Below the pieces are notes generated by a model that saw nothing but the letters and a program-made list of their open reading frames with translations, searched no databases and was not told where the DNA came from. Position numbers and translations under genes: made by a program. A DNA stretch of 63,666 nucleotides, the filler included. It is 7 parts of 7 records of this genome, joined end to end, with 100 filler letters (N's around TTAATTAATTAA, not from the genome) between each part and the next. Parts side by side here need not be neighbours in the genome. Positions count along the whole stretch, not along the records: positions 26,164 to 40,445 come from SRR2962707_2885; positions 40,546 to 46,470 come from SRR2962707_2894; 5 more parts are not named here. The stretch is one strand, 5' to 3'. Shown here piece after piece: positions 34,577-46,470 of this stretch (positions are counted from its first letter, which is position 1; every line of letters begins with the position of its first letter).

Positions 34577-34996
34577 ATGTCGGGCGCAACACGAATTTCA
34601 GATTATTCTCCGAGTGAAAATGAACCGTTCATGAACGATCAAATGCGCGATTATTTTCGCAAAAAGTTGATCGCTTGGCGAAATGATTTGCTTAAAGTTT
34701 CGCGCGAGACGATTGATAATTTACAGCGTGAAAGCTCAAATCATCCTGATATTGCTGATCGGGCGTCTTCAGAGTCTGATCGCTCAATTGAGCTGCGCGC
34801 GCGTGATCGCCAGCGCAAATTAATCAACAAAATCGACGAAGCGCTTAAGCGTGTTGATGATGGTACTTATGGTTATTGCGAAGATACCGGTGAGCCAATC
34901 GGTATAAAGCGTTTAGAAGCCCGTCCAATCGCTACCCTATCGCTTGAAGCGCAAGAGCGTCACGAGCGCCGCGAAAAAGTCTACCGTGACGATTAA
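34577..34996 (+). CDS. dksA: RNA polymerase-binding protein DksA (alphaproteobacterial one-Cys type)
   Basis: PDIADRAS, RDRQRKLINKI, YGYCEDTGEPIG...RLEARP. Confidence 0.95.
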   Translation: MSGATRISDYSPSENEPFMNDQMRDYFRKKLIAWRNDLLKVSRETIDNLQRESSNHPDIADRASSESDRSIELRARDRQRKLINKIDEALKRVDDGTYGYCEDTGEPIGIKRLEARPIATLSLEAQERHERREKVYRDD

Positions 34997-35075
34997 TTCG
35001 GGCCTTCTGCTTTCTTAGTAATTATTAATGATGTCTTTGCAGCTTGCGTTCAAATGAACGTAAGCTGTTTTTGTT

Positions 35076-35891
35076 TCAGGGCTTTTTATCGCCAGATAAT
35101 TGATTGAGCAGTTCTTCCATCTCATCATCTATTTTGCGCGAGGGCGCTGCTTGTGCTTGCTTTGGTGCATGTTCAACGCTTGGTGCGCTTTGCGGTTTGA
35201 GCTGATCTGGCGTGATTTCAAAATCCATATCCATGTCCAAATCATCATCGAGAGACGGAGTTGGGGCTTTTGTTGTTTCAACGGCGGGGCGGGGCGCTCT
35301 AGCCGCAGGTGTTACCGGCGTTGCCGGTGTCATTGGCGGCGTTGGCCGCGACTGAATTGGCCTTTGCTCAATTTGTTGCGCGCTCGGCTCTATTGGTTCT
35401 GGTCTGCGTACCGGTTCTGCTGGGCGCTGCGCTACTGAAGCGGGGAGAGGTTTCGGGGTAGGCCGAGGCTCTGGTGCAGTTTGGACATGCGGTGTTGGTA
35501 CTGCTGGTTCGCGCGGTGGCTCAGGCACCTTCGTTGGCAATGATGGCGGGGTCTTTGTGCTTTTTACATCTTGCTCATTAGAAACCATCTCACTGCGATG
35601 CTTTATATTGCTCTCGATGAGAATGTCATTCATGCCACCAATGAGGATTAGATGTTCAACTTCATCACGGCGCACTAAAACCAACCGGCGGCGATTATCG
35701 ACCGGTGTTGCGTCAATAATTGCGAGCCGGTGTTTGCGGTGGGAAGCATTTGCAATGAACGGCGTCTGGCGAATGCGGTTCCACACAATGCGTAAAATCC
35801 ACAAAGCGATAACAATCGCTATTGCGATCAAGCCGTAGTAAATGATCGTCGCAGCTGGATCGCCAATTAGCTCTAAAAGTTGCTCATACAT
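35076..35891 (-). CDS. FliO-like membrane protein with a Pro-rich tail
   Basis: TM helix, RLAIIDATPVDNRRRLVLVRRDEVEHLILIGG, C-terminal DDEMEELL. Confidence 0.75.
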   Translation of the reverse strand: MYEQLLELIGDPAATIIYYGLIAIAIVIALWILRIVWNRIRQTPFIANASHRKHRLAIIDATPVDNRRRLVLVRRDEVEHLILIGGMNDILIESNIKHRSEMVSNEQDVKSTKTPPSLPTKVPEPPREPAVPTPHVQTAPEPRPTPKPLPASVAQRPAEPVRRPEPIEPSAQQIEQRPIQSRPTPPMTPATPVTPAARAPRPAVETTKAPTPSLDDDLDMDMDFEITPDQLKPQSAPSVEHAPKQAQAAPSRKIDDEMEELLNQLSGDKKP

Positions 35892-36070
35892 TGCCGCGGC
35901 CTCTTACACTTGTAACATCATGATATAATAATATGAATTGGTAGCAACATGTAATGAGTTATACAATTTTTTAGCCTAGAGGGGTTCCACCACTCACAGC
36001 TTTATGATTCAACCATTATTACAATTGGTTGCGGTTGGACTGCATCAACAATGGGCTTAGGACAAGAGTT

Positions 36071-38653
36071 ATGGCTGAACAAAATCAACCCATGAGCAAA
36101 ATTGAGCCTTTGGTGTATCGCAAGAGCCGGCCCACAGCGGTTGGTAAGCTCATCATATTTGGGTTTGTCGCGCTGGTAATCGCTGTATTTTTGTTTCTAT
36201 TCCGCGATTTGGTTGATGATGGCTTTCTTCTAGCGCTGCTTGGCATTTTGGCCATGATTGGCGTATTTTTCCTGTTCTCGATGGTTATTGGCTTTGTAGA
36301 GTTTGGCATTGCGCGCAAGCGCGATGATATTGGCGGCGCGTTTCTCAATAGTCTGTCCGATGGTATCTGCATTACGGATGATCAAAATAACATTGTTTAC
36401 GCCAATAAAGCCTATGGTGATCTGACCGGCGCTACTCAAATTATTGATTTGCAACCGCTGGAAAACGTGCTGTCCCATCATGAAGATGCTGCCAATGCGC
36501 TTTATCGTCTGGCTAATAATGCCCGCCAAATGAAGGATTGTGACGAGGAATTTAGGCTGCCTGCTGCGCTTAATAAGCCAGATGCGGATCGTCCATTTTG
36601 GTATCGCGGTTCTGTGCATGCGATGCGCGGGCCTGCAGGCGACACGATGAAGGTGTGGCGTCTATCGGATATTTCAAGCGAGCGGGACGCGCAGGAGCAA
36701 TATTTCCTTGAGCTGCAAAAAGCGATTGACCACCTTGATCGCGCGCCGGTTGGCTTCTTTTCATCAGATTCAGATAACCGCATTCAATATATCAATGCGA
36801 CATTGGCTGAATGGCTCGGAATTGATCTGACCTCGTTTAACGCGGGTAATTTGAGCATTGATGATCTGGTTATAAATGATGGTGCGCGTGTGCTCAATCA
36901 TGTTCGCGCAGAGCCGGGTAATGTGCGCACCGTGACTGTCGATCTTGATATGGCGAAGGGAACGGGCGAAAATCTGCCGGTTCAGCTTATTCACCGTGTG
37001 CAAACCCATTCAGACGGCGCTACCGGCCAGTCTCGGACAATCGTTATCAACCGCACGGACGGCGATGATGCGAGCCAAGATTTGCGCAGTGCAGAAGTTC
37101 GCTTTACGCGGTTCTTCAATTCAACTCCGATGGCGATTGCAGCTGTGGGCCGCGATGGGCGTATTTTGCGTACCAATGCTTCATTTAAAAGCCTTTTCGG
37201 CTCGCAGGTTCAGTCTGATGAATTGCACCGCAAGGTTAAGTTTGAAACGCTTATCCATGAGCGTGACCGCGCGCGTTTTGAAAAGACATTTGAGGCAGCA
37301 CGGCAAAATCAGGCCAATATTGAACCATTTGATACGGTTGTTACCGGCGCCAATGAAGTTGATGAAAAGCACATTCGAGTTTATGTGAATGCGGTTGCCA
37401 GCGTTGCCGGTCTTGAAAATGATGAGGGCGCTGAAGAGGCGGCTATCATTTACACGATGGATGTGACCGAACAAAAAGCGCTTGAAGGACAAATGGCGCA
37501 AAGCCAGAAAATGCAGGCTGTTGGCCAGCTTGCTGGCGGTATTGCGCATGACTTTAACAATGTGCTGACCGCTATCATCATGGCGTCTGATCTGCTGCTT
37601 ACAAATCATCGCCCGTCTGACCCGTCATTCCCTGATATTATGAATATCAAGCAAAATGCGAACCGCGCTGCATCCTTGGTGCGCCAGTTATTGGCCTTCT
37701 CGCGCCGTCAAACACTGCGTCCGGAAATCTTGAATCTCACAGATGTTTTGGCTGATTTACGGATGCTGCTTGCGCGATTGATTGGCAATAATATCAATCT
37801 GACGATTGAGCATGGCCGCGATGTTTGGCCGGTTAAAGTGGACCTTGGCCAGTTCGAGCAGGTTATTGTCAATCTGACCGTTAATGCCCGCGATGCGATG
37901 CCTAATGGCGGCGATCTGACAATCCGTTCGCGCAATATTACAACGGCTGAAACGAGCGAACTTAATTATCGCGGATTAGAAGCCAATGATTATGTGATGA
38001 TCGATGTTACCGATAATGGCACGGGCATCGAAGCCGAAGTCTTGCAGAAAATCTTTGAACCTTTCTTCACCACCAAGGAAGTCGGCAAGGGCACCGGACT
38101 TGGCCTGTCGATGGTCTATGGTATCATCAAACAGACCGGCGGGTATATCTTTGCTGATTCAAAACTGGGTGATGGTACGACGTTCCATATTCTGTTGCCG
38201 CGTCATGAAATCAATGAAGAAGAAATGGCGGCACAGCGCAAGATTGAAGCGCCAAGCGAGAAGAAGCAGGATCTTTCTGGCTCTGCAACCGTGCTGCTCG
38301 TCGAAGACGAAGATGCGGTGCGTATGGGCGGCGTTCGTGCGCTGACATCGCGTGGCTATACGGTTCTTGAAGCCTCAAGCGGTGTTGAAGCCATGGAAAT
38401 CATGGATGAAGTCAATGGTGCGGTGGATATCGTTGTCTCTGACGTTGTGATGCCGGAGATGGACGGGCCGTCATTGCTGCGCGAAATTCGCAAAGAATAT
38501 CCCGATATTAAGTTCATTTTCGTGTCGGGTTACGCTGAAGAAGCGTTCGCGAAGAACTTGCCAGAAGGCGCTCAGTTTGGCTTCCTGCCCAAACCGTTCT
38601 CGCTAAAACAGTTAGCGACAACGGTTAAAGAGACCTTGGAGGGGAAGATCTAG
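36071..38653 (+). CDS. cckA: Cell-cycle hybrid histidine kinase CckA
   Basis: Two TMs, PAS domains, [35 protein letters not shown], receiver domain [11 protein letters not shown]. Confidence 0.92.
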   Translation: MAEQNQPMSKIEPLVYRKSRPTAVGKLIIFGFVALVIAVFLFLFRDLVDDGFLLALLGILAMIGVFFLFSMVIGFVEFGIARKRDDIGGAFLNSLSDGICITDDQNNIVYANKAYGDLTGATQIIDLQPLENVLSHHEDAANALYRLANNARQMKDCDEEFRLPAALNKPDADRPFWYRGSVHAMRGPAGDTMKVWRLSDISSERDAQEQYFLELQKAIDHLDRAPVGFFSSDSDNRIQYINATLAEWLGIDLTSFNAGNLSIDDLVINDGARVLNHVRAEPGNVRTVTVDLDMAKGTGENLPVQLIHRVQTHSDGATGQSRTIVINRTDGDDASQDLRSAEVRFTRFFNSTPMAIAAVGRDGRILRTNASFKSLFGSQVQSDELHRKVKFETLIHERDRARFEKTFEAARQNQANIEPFDTVVTGANEVDEKHIRVYVNAVASVAGLENDEGAEEAAIIYTMDVTEQKALEGQMAQSQKMQAVGQLAGGIAHDFNNVLTAIIMASDLLLTNHRPSDPSFPDIMNIKQNANRAASLVRQLLAFSRRQTLRPEILNLTDVLADLRMLLARLIGNNINLTIEHGRDVWPVKVDLGQFEQVIVNLTVNARDAMPNGGDLTIRSRNITTAETSELNYRGLEANDYVMIDVTDNGTGIEAEVLQKIFEPFFTTKEVGKGTGLGLSMVYGIIKQTGGYIFADSKLGDGTTFHILLPRHEINEEEMAAQRKIEAPSEKKQDLSGSATVLLVEDEDAVRMGGVRALTSRGYTVLEASSGVEAMEIMDEVNGAVDIVVSDVVMPEMDGPSLLREIRKEYPDIKFIFVSGYAEEAFAKNLPEGAQFGFLPKPFSLKQLATTVKETLEGKI

Positions 38654-38678
38654 ATCAGGAAACGTCTTGGGGAGAAGT

Positions 38679-38864
38679 TTAGTCGCGGGTGCGGACACGG
38701 ATCGGAATTGGCACCAATTTCTGCGTGCTATGGGCCATCATGTTCATTTCCCATGCGCGGCGCGCTAGGGCACTTGCTTCACTGACCATGCCTGAGGCTT
38801 TGAGCAGTTTAGCTTGTTTGATCAACATGCGGGCAAGATCGAGAGCTTTGTTCGTACGAGACAT
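38679..38864 (-). CDS. Small hypothetical protein, 61 aa
   Basis: AAGGA RBS; ends in a PIPIRVR motif seen in alphaproteobacterial small proteins. Confidence 0.6.
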   Translation of the reverse strand: MSRTNKALDLARMLIKQAKLLKASGMVSEASALARRAWEMNMMAHSTQKLVPIPIRVRTRD

Positions 38865-39047
38865 TGGTCCGTTCCTTTCAAATTCTATAATCAGAATATG
38901 GGGAAGGGATATGGTTTTTTAAAGATGCGATTTGCGAACAGTGCGTCAATTTTCTGTGATCACTTTCGGCACCCCTCAAAAGAATAGATCGGCCATTGAT
39001 GTTAATGACCGATCTTAAGGGTAAAATTCTCGTGTTGGATAAGCTAA

Positions 39048-39275
39048 TTAGGCTTTTTTCAGGAACTCGGTGCGCAGCACCAGGCCTTTAATTTTTTCCA
39101 CCCGGCATTCCACTTCTTCGGGGTTTCCGGTCAGGTGAATACCTTTGACCAGCGTGCCGCGCTTGATAGTGGAAGAAGTGCCTTTGACCTTCAGGTCTTT
39201 GATGACGGTTACATTGTCGCCATCGTTTAAAACCGCGCCATTAGAGTCGCGTGTCAAATCTTCATCGTCTGCCAT
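39048..39275 (-). CDS. PhnA/YjdM C-terminal domain protein
   Basis: DSNGAVLNDGDNVTVIKDLKVKG...LRTEFLKKA. Confidence 0.88.
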   Translation of the reverse strand: MADDEDLTRDSNGAVLNDGDNVTVIKDLKVKGTSSTIKRGTLVKGIHLTGNPEEVECRVEKIKGLVLRTEFLKKA

Positions 39276-39377
39276 ATTTGTCCCTTTCATTTTTGGTTGT
39301 CTTGAACCAAGCGAGGGCTAAATACCAGACCACAGCGCTTGAAATTCGATGAATTTAAGCGCTGCGGGAAACTTTAA

Positions 39378-39533
39378 TTAGAAGTTGCGGAATTTTCCGC
39401 GGTCGATTTCGCGCTGGCGAAGTTCCAGATCAACCAATGAAACTGAGCCGCTTAGATATTCGTTCTCAACTTTTTGGCGGATAGGACCGGCAAATGCGTT
39501 TGTGATGCGTGCGATTGTGTTTTTAAAAGCCAT
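39378..39533 (-). CDS. 51-aa DUF3563-like small protein, copy 2 (not in the ORF track)
   Basis: Manual translation MAFKNTIARITNAFAGPIRQKVENEYLSGSVSLVDLELRQREIDRGKFRNF*; paralogous to the neighbouring gene. Confidence 0.85.
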   Translation of the reverse strand: MAFKNTIARITNAFAGPIRQKVENEYLSGSVSLVDLELRQREIDRGKFRNF

Positions 39534-39598
39534 TTTATAAATCCAGTTCGGTTCTTACTTGTTGGCCGAGATAAACGCCCGTTTGGACGTTTCGATGA

Positions 39599-39754
39599 TT
39601 AGAATGTGCGGAATTTGCCGCGGTCGATTTCGCGTAGGCGACGATCTAGGTCAGCCATTGAAATCGAGTTGTTCAAATAGTCGCGCTCAACTGTGTGGCG
39701 CGCTGGTGTCGCGAATGCGTTAGCAAGGCGAGAGAAAGCTGATTTGAAAGCCAT
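39599..39754 (-). CDS. 51-aa DUF3563-like small protein, copy 1 (not in the ORF track)
   Basis: Manual translation MAFKSAFSRLANAFATPARHTVERDYLNNSISMADLDRRLREIDRGKFRTF*. Confidence 0.85.
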   Translation of the reverse strand: MAFKSAFSRLANAFATPARHTVERDYLNNSISMADLDRRLREIDRGKFRTF

Positions 39755-39834
39755 TTGCTTATATCCACTTTTAAGGTCGTTTCGTTGAACTCAATATGGG
39801 GCATGTTGGCCAAAAGTTGCAGTGTTATATGAGA

Positions 39835-39867
39835 AAGCGAGCCATGCGCTCAACGCATGGCTCGCTT
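39835..39867. promoter_or_regulatory. Perfect 14-bp inverted repeat (terminator of the cupredoxin gene and/or an operator)
   Basis: AAGCGAGCCATGCG-ctcaa-CGCATGGCTCGCTT. Confidence 0.6.
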
Positions 39868-39897
39868 CATAATGCTTTAATAGGTTCTAGCTCGGCC

Positions 39898-40221
39898 TTA
39901 TTTTGCGTTGATAACGCCTTTCATAGAGCCGTGGAAATTGCACTTATAATTGATATCACCGGCATCCGAGATGGTGACTGTGGCAGCTTCGCCCTTGTTC
40001 AGGCGGCCTGTGTCAAAGCTACCATTGAGCGCTGTTGCGGTGTGCGGCGCGCTGTCTTCGTTGGTAAAAGTCACGGTATCGCCTGCGGCAACTTCGATAT
40101 TGGCCGGTTCAAATTTGAAATTTGAAATCGTCACGGCGTGGTCGGCAGCCAATGCTGACGCGATTGGCATCGCGGCGATGAATACGAGTGTTGCGAACGC
40201 TGTTTTGATTTTTGATGTCAT
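39898..40221 (-). CDS. Small blue-copper cupredoxin (amicyanin/plastocyanin-like)
   Basis: Signal peptide, FEPANIEVAAGDTVTFTN...PHT, YKCNFHGSMKG copper ligands. Confidence 0.9.
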   Translation of the reverse strand: MTSKIKTAFATLVFIAAMPIASALAADHAVTISNFKFEPANIEVAAGDTVTFTNEDSAPHTATALNGSFDTGRLNKGEAATVTISDAGDINYKCNFHGSMKGVINAK

Positions 40222-40332
40222 GGGTGGTCTCTTCCTCTTACTGATTGTGTCGTGAATAGAAGTTTTAAACGTGTCATTATTGTGATGGGATTTTTATTGG
40301 TCTGCAAGAGGGGGGGGGGCCCCAACGCCGCT

Positions 40333-40437
40333 GTCATCCTAAGCCTTGCGGCTAGGATCCATTCCCCTTTCTCGACTGAAAATGACGGACACTCAATCAT
40401 GTGGGTGCTTCGCGTGCCTCAAGCGCCAGCGCATGAC
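40333..40437. repeat. Degenerate alphaproteobacterial REP/RPE-like palindromic element
   Basis: GTCATCC...GGATCCA...TGG...CAAGC...CATGAC layout with terminal GTCAT/ATGAC, at the contig end. Confidence 0.45.
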
Positions 40438-40445
40438 ATTCGTTT

Positions 40446-40545
40446 NNNNNNNNNNNNNNNNNNNNNNNNNNNNNNNNNNNNNNNNNNNNTTAATTAATTA
40501 ANNNNNNNNNNNNNNNNNNNNNNNNNNNNNNNNNNNNNNNNNNNN
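40446..40545. other. Artificial contig linker
   Basis: N44-TTAATTAATTAA-N44. Confidence 0.99.
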
Positions 40546-40632
40546 TCCGTCCGTCCACGTGCGTGCGTGCGTGCGTACGTGTGTGTTTGTGTGCGTGCGT
40601 GCGACGTTTCCTCCTTCTCCTTCGTTCCGAGC

Positions 40633-43600
40633 ATGTTGAAGGCTGGCGCCTACGCGGCGTTCATCACCTCTCTGGCGTCTCTCGCTCCTTCAGCGACTCT
40701 CGCTACAAACCCGTGGGACAAGTACAACTTTTCTCCCACTTCCCGAACGGTTTCTCCCGTTGGCGTCCTCACACAGAGCGGTGCGATCTTGCGCAGCTTG
40801 CCAGAAAAAAACAGCCACAACAACAACAACAACAAAGATCATGGTGGTGATAATGATGATGATAGTGCGTTGCCATTTCCTCTGACTTTGAGTGGAGCAG
40901 GGGCGTTTGTGGTGTTGGACTTCGGAAAGAACGTGGCGGGTTTCACGTCCGTGACCTTTGGCAACGTGTCCGCCGGGGCAGTTGTTGGGCTCGCGTACTC
41001 TGAGTCCTCGGACTACGCGTTCTGCCCCCCACAGGGCCAGCAGCCGAATGCCACCAACACCGACTGCAAGCTGAACGGAGGGCAGGAGCTCGCGGGCGAC
41101 CACAGCAATGGAGGTGGTGGACCCGACGGTGTGCTGCTGACGGACCCGCTATCGCCTGGCGCGCAGTATTCACCTCCGCCGAATAAAATGCGTGGCGGGT
41201 TTCGCTATCTCAACCTCTTCCTCCACGAGGTGGGCAGCTAGCACAGTCGGTTGCCTCATGTTTGTTTCGCACGTGGGAGACAGGCTTCTCTTCTGATGGC
41301 GCGAAGGTGACCTTTGTGCAGCGCTCAAGTCTTGTTGTGGCGTGCTTTTTTTGAATTGATGCCCCATCAGGTCGACGGACCAGTCACGATTGAAGATGTC
41401 AAAGTCAACTTTTCGGCCGCGCCGCAAGCTGGAGCAGACCCATCACAGTATGCGAATCATTTTTACTCGAGTGATGATCTCGTGAATCAAATCTGGTATG
41501 GTTGCGCGTACACTGTGCAGCTCTGCTCGATTGATCCCAACCAGGTGCGATGCACGACCCAAATACTCGCTTGTCGTTTTGTTGTTGAATCTTTTGTCAG
41601 AGCTTGGGTGTGAGCAACAAAATGACACTCGCAAATACCTTCGCACTCACAAGTTGCATCCCTATTGGCTGGTGTTGACCATATTGCTGCACCCTGTTCA
41701 ATGGTGTCTTCACGCAACGTTGAAATCATCCTCGAATTACCGGGTCCGTTCCTTGCATTACACCTGCGAAGGGCCGCCAGTGGGGACCGCCCACAAGTGG
41801 ATGGAACAATGGTGCCCTGATTGGTGTTGGGAAGTCTATCCTCGTGGACGGGGCAAAGCGCGACCGAACCATCTGGCCTGGCGACATGGGGGTTTCCAGC
41901 GACTCGTCATTCGCTACCACTGGGGATGTGGATTCCAGCCGGCAGTCACTGAACACGCTGTACGGTTACCAAGACCCAAGCTCTGGAATGCTGCCGTGAG
42001 TGTTTTTGCGTTCGTCAGGAACTGCCAAGCACTGCGTGCAACAGTATGACCTGCATTGCTTTTGCCTTTTGGCAGATATGTTGGACCAGAAGTTTTTTGC
42101 CAGCAGCCCGAAGGTCCTCTCGACCAATGTCCTGGTGGCCACGGTGCGTGGGGAAGTGACACGTACCATCTGTGGACGTTGGTTGGCACAGCCAACGTAT
42201 ACAGATACAGTTCCCCCGCCGACGCACATGCGTGGATGCAATCCGGCATTTGGGTTCGTTCGGAATGCACGCATGTGGTTCCCATTCGTAGCTTCGTCCC
42301 ACCAACTTACCAGCTTCGCTGCTCCACGACTCAAGTATTACCTGGATGCTGCATGTGAGCGATTCACAGAACAAGGCGATCTTACTGTTGGTTTTTCATG
42401 CGTGGTTTCATAGACTGGCTACCAAGCAGGTGTCAACTGCTCATTGAATAAAGTTGGATCGTCGGGCTTGATGTCCGTCACGGCTACAGCTGATTGGCAA
42501 CGTCAAGATCAAGGGGGCGAAAATATTGCTGCAAATGCATTGTTGGCATATATTTTGGGAAATGCCGCAGCGCTTGCCACAGGTCAGTGCCAGTTGTGGG
42601 GAGTGATGTTGTTGGTGGGCTGACGGTGTTGCTTGCGCGCCCTCATTATATCATAGTCGATGAAACTTTGTCAATCTGTGGCTGGCGAAATAGATCTTGG
42701 TGACTCTGCCCTTTCGACGTTTTACAGTGAGGCCCAAACCAATCTCACTGCTGCGATCAACTCTCAGCTTTGGGATGAAACGGCTGGCGCTTACATCGAC
42801 AATCCAACGAACACAGCCCTTCATCCGCAGGACGGCAACTCCTTGGCAGTTTGGCTCAATGTGACGTCGCCACCTGAGCGCAAGACAAGAATTTTGGCAA
42901 ATCTGAAGAACAACTGGGTAAGAATAGCCGCGAAGACTCGCAGAAGTTCCATTTGTCATACACAGTTTTGGCAGCTTAAAAGTGTGCTGTTGTGCTAGGT
43001 TTCGTTGGGTGCAACGTCTCCAGAGTGGAAGTACGGCGGCAAGGCCGCTATTGGGACTTTTCCTGGATCCATGGAAGTGTTGGCACATTTGTCAGCTGGA
43101 GCTACGGATGACGGTCTTGATCTGATTAAGCGGCAGTGGGGATACATGCTCCAAACTAATCGCAGCACTCAGTCCACGTTCTGGGAAGGCTTCCAGGTAC
43201 CCTTCGCACAATTAACTTTGCCTGACTTTCTTGTTTGTGCGCAGCGACACTTTTTTGATTTGCATTCGTGTATCGCTCTGCTTTTCGGCAGGCGGATGGG
43301 GAATTTGCATTTCAAGGTATCTACATGTCGCATGCTCACGGATGGTCCACAGGACCTGGCACTGCCCTCACCTTCTACGTGTTGGGACTTCGGCCACTTG
43401 GAGCCACGGGCAAAGGGTTTGCGCAAGGTGGTAGCAACGTTCGCAACAAAATGTACCCTGAGTTTGTGGTGGCTCCGCAACCGAGCAAGGAATTGAAGTG
43501 GTGCAACGGGTCGCTTGCACTTCATGGACGCGAATATGCGGCGACAGCAAAAGACGCCACGGACGGAACCGTGCATGTTGCCTGGGAAGTTTTGAATGAC

Positions 43601-43870
43601 CATCAATTTCAGCTCATTGTGGACACAACTAGAGCAGTTCCTGGAGCAATTGGACATGTCGGCCTTCCTATCGCGCTGTTGTTTGGTGATGATGTGCGTT
43701 TGGAGGACGTGCGGGTGGCTTTTACAGACCAACTAGCTCACTCAAGTTATTCCGATATGCAATTGCCGAAAGGGTTGGTGGCGAGTGAGACCCACTGGCG
43801 TGATGGAAGAGCTTGGTACGAACTCAGTCACAGTGCGCGGATCCAAATGGAGGTGGAGCTTCATCACTGA
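40633..43870 (+). CDS. Multi-exon secreted alpha-L-rhamnosidase (GH78)
   Basis: Signal peptide; LDFGKNVAG, RGGFRYL, SSDDLVNQIWYGCAYT, DGAKRDRTIWPGD (~41847-41885), PQDGNS, TFWEG, SHAHGWSTGP; introns e.g. 41230-41370 and 41545-41771. Confidence 0.88.
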
Positions 43871-44020
43871 GGCCTTGCAAGAACTTGCATTCATTTGTGG
43901 CACGGTCGCTGACGGTGGTAGCTGACTTCAGCCAAAAAATATCAGTGGCATGAAGCAGTATCAGCATGTCCATTAATTTACATTTGTTAACACAGAACAA
44001 AGAGATGAAAAAACGCGGTT

Positions 44021-46122
44021 CTACAACTCTCGTTCGGGTCCAGAAAGAATATTTATGCTTCGGAAAGGGTCGAGACGAGGTAGTCCACCCGCATTGTCGC
44101 CGGCCAATCGCCACGCCAGTCTCCTACAATGGAAAAAAAAGGTCAACAGGAGCACTCACATTGATACTTTCTTTTCACTGATGCCTAGTCTCAAGAGAGT
44201 AGTGCAAATACACCGACAAAATATTCTGTTGTGAACCACGCATGCGCATGTGCTCACCGTGTGCCAGGAAGTGCTTGGCCACGACGATGAAGGGCTGAAG
44301 TGTCAACAAGCAAGAGTGTGCGCTCGGCGCCTTCAAGCGGAAGCACAGGCTCCAGGGCCTATTAGGGCACAAGGAAAACACGGTAGTTACTTTTGCGTAC
44401 GCCATCGTCGGTACAAAACATCGCGACAAGTGAATGTCGCACTCAGGCACCTTGAAGCCCAGGGCCGTTGGGTCACCGAAAAGTCGAAGTGCTGGCTCTT
44501 TCAGGGCCTGTTCTGCTGGTGGCACGGTTAGGGAATGCATCCACCGCAGCTTTGCAAGAGAATTCCTATGAGAGCCACGCGAAACATACAAAGGCCCATC
44601 TGCAATGGTCATATTGGACGGGTATACCTGTGAAAAAATAACATTCGCCGCCACCAAACGGTTCAAGCACAAGATGTAACAGAGACGAAACAGTGGCGCT
44701 CATTTGTCATGAGGCACACCAAGTAACGCGCACTCTCAGAGGCAAGGTCGGTGTTGCCCTGAGATCACTGACCCATGCTTTAAAAATGGGACCCACAGCG
44801 TTGTCTATGTGCGTTTCATACTGCGGGTCTCCCGGTGCATGGACGGTAAAACGTGGGGACCACTCCACCTTCGTTGGGATTCCGAGGGAATGCTCTCCAC
44901 TAACCATGCGTAACAACCCGAGAACATCCTCATCAGAAAGTTGGTCAAGTTTTTTGACCAAAATGCCGTCACGTCGCCATTGTTCGAAATCTGGGTGCAA
45001 GTGTGACCCCAGCGCAGCTTGTCTCGCGTCATACATTCGCTCGGCCAATACGTGACGAAGAAGAGTGAGGCCTTGGTGGTTTAGCTCGTGCGGAACAAAC
45101 CGGGCAGAGGACATGACCTGACCGCCATTGCAATGTGCAGTAAAATGACCGTACGACACAAGACAGCAACGCATGAAGAGCTTTCCAAAAATAATGTTGT
45201 TTGTTGGTACCTGGCGCAAGTCACACGACCCCAACCGAAGAATTGCTGCTTCCAGTGCATGGGAATCGTGCCCCGTAACACTTTCCAGCATGATACGATC
45301 TTCGTCAGAGATGAACTGTCGGAAATGACTGTCCAACTCGGCGGCTCGAGAACTGGCTTCTAAGGGATCATCCTCACAACCACCAGCAAACCCTTCTCGA
45401 GCTTGTACGATGTCATATCCACCGCCAACAAGAACGGTAGTTGAGCCACCTGTGCCTTCTGGAATCACACAATGACCAACGTCGCGACCGTTGAGGATCA
45501 AAGTGCCGAGTCGGGGCCGTTCAGTCTCTGACATTGGCGAGCGGCAGATTCCAAACATTATTTGCAATTCTTTCTCGTCTCTTGAATTCCTGGGTTGGGA
45601 CAATGCAGACATTGCGAATTGCATTGCCATCTCAGTCATCGGTGGCATTACATCTGACGTGACCGTTCGCCACCACACGTCACAAGAAGGATCAGTTGTG
45701 GCAATCTCGACATGTCCAGTTGAGTTTTCTTGGCCTTCGAACGTGCACATCCCTGACACAGGATCAAGTACTCCAATCGGAATCACCATATTCGGAGGCA
45801 TAAGATCGTCAAAACTGTTGGCGCGAGATCCAGTGGCATGATATCCGTGGTTTATTGGACTCAGGCGGCAGAGTGGTGCTCCTCCAGCTTCAAGTGCTTC
45901 GAACGCCTGGAAAATGTCGCTAGGTGACGTGGCATCACGTGTGGCACTATTGTCATGTTGCGACTCTCTTTGCCACGTCCTCCACACAATGCAATGAGCC
46001 GAGTCGCGCGGGACAAAGTGCGCGTTGCTCGTCAAAATATCCGCCACCAAGACCACCGTGCCGAGAATCAAAAGCGACAAGGAGTTCACCGCAGCCAGCC
46101 GTTGGCTTCCTTGTGCGATCAT
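44021..46122 (-). CDS. Multi-exon protein with a signal/anchor and a C-terminal PhyH-like 2OG-Fe(II) dioxygenase domain
   Basis: THIDN...FKAW, GPLYVSRGSH, DTSALHRRG give an HxD...H triad across exons; boundaries inferred. Confidence 0.62.
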
Positions 46123-46470
46123 CCTGCCAACGGAAAAATTACTCAACTACCAGCAAGCAATAATCGATTTTATTTTGCAGGGTTTCGGTTTTTTTTTTCT
46201 TCTTTTGTTATTTTTGGCAGGTGGCTGCTTGGACAGATGAACGAACGCGGTGAATGACGAATCGATTGGTTGAATGACGCACTACTGAGCGTGTGTTGTG
46301 GCAGAAGTACAGCATGCAGTCGAGAAGAGTGACGAGTGAGTCAAGAGAGAGACGTCTTCTGTGTGAGAATTTGTCGAGGGGAAGCCTCTTCTTTTGCGAG
46401 TCTGTGTACGTGTGAGTGCGGTGTTGCCTGAGATCTCGCTGCTCGCTTTTTTTTTTTTTTTTTTTTTTTT

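Noticed and set aside
34577-34996. DksA lacking the four-Cys zinc finger
   Set aside because: Normal for alphaproteobacterial DksA.
39378-39754. Repeated GCGGAATTT...CCGCGGTCGATTTCGCG sequence, as a CRISPR or mobile repeat
   Set aside because: Explained by two paralogous small protein genes; only two copies and no cas genes.
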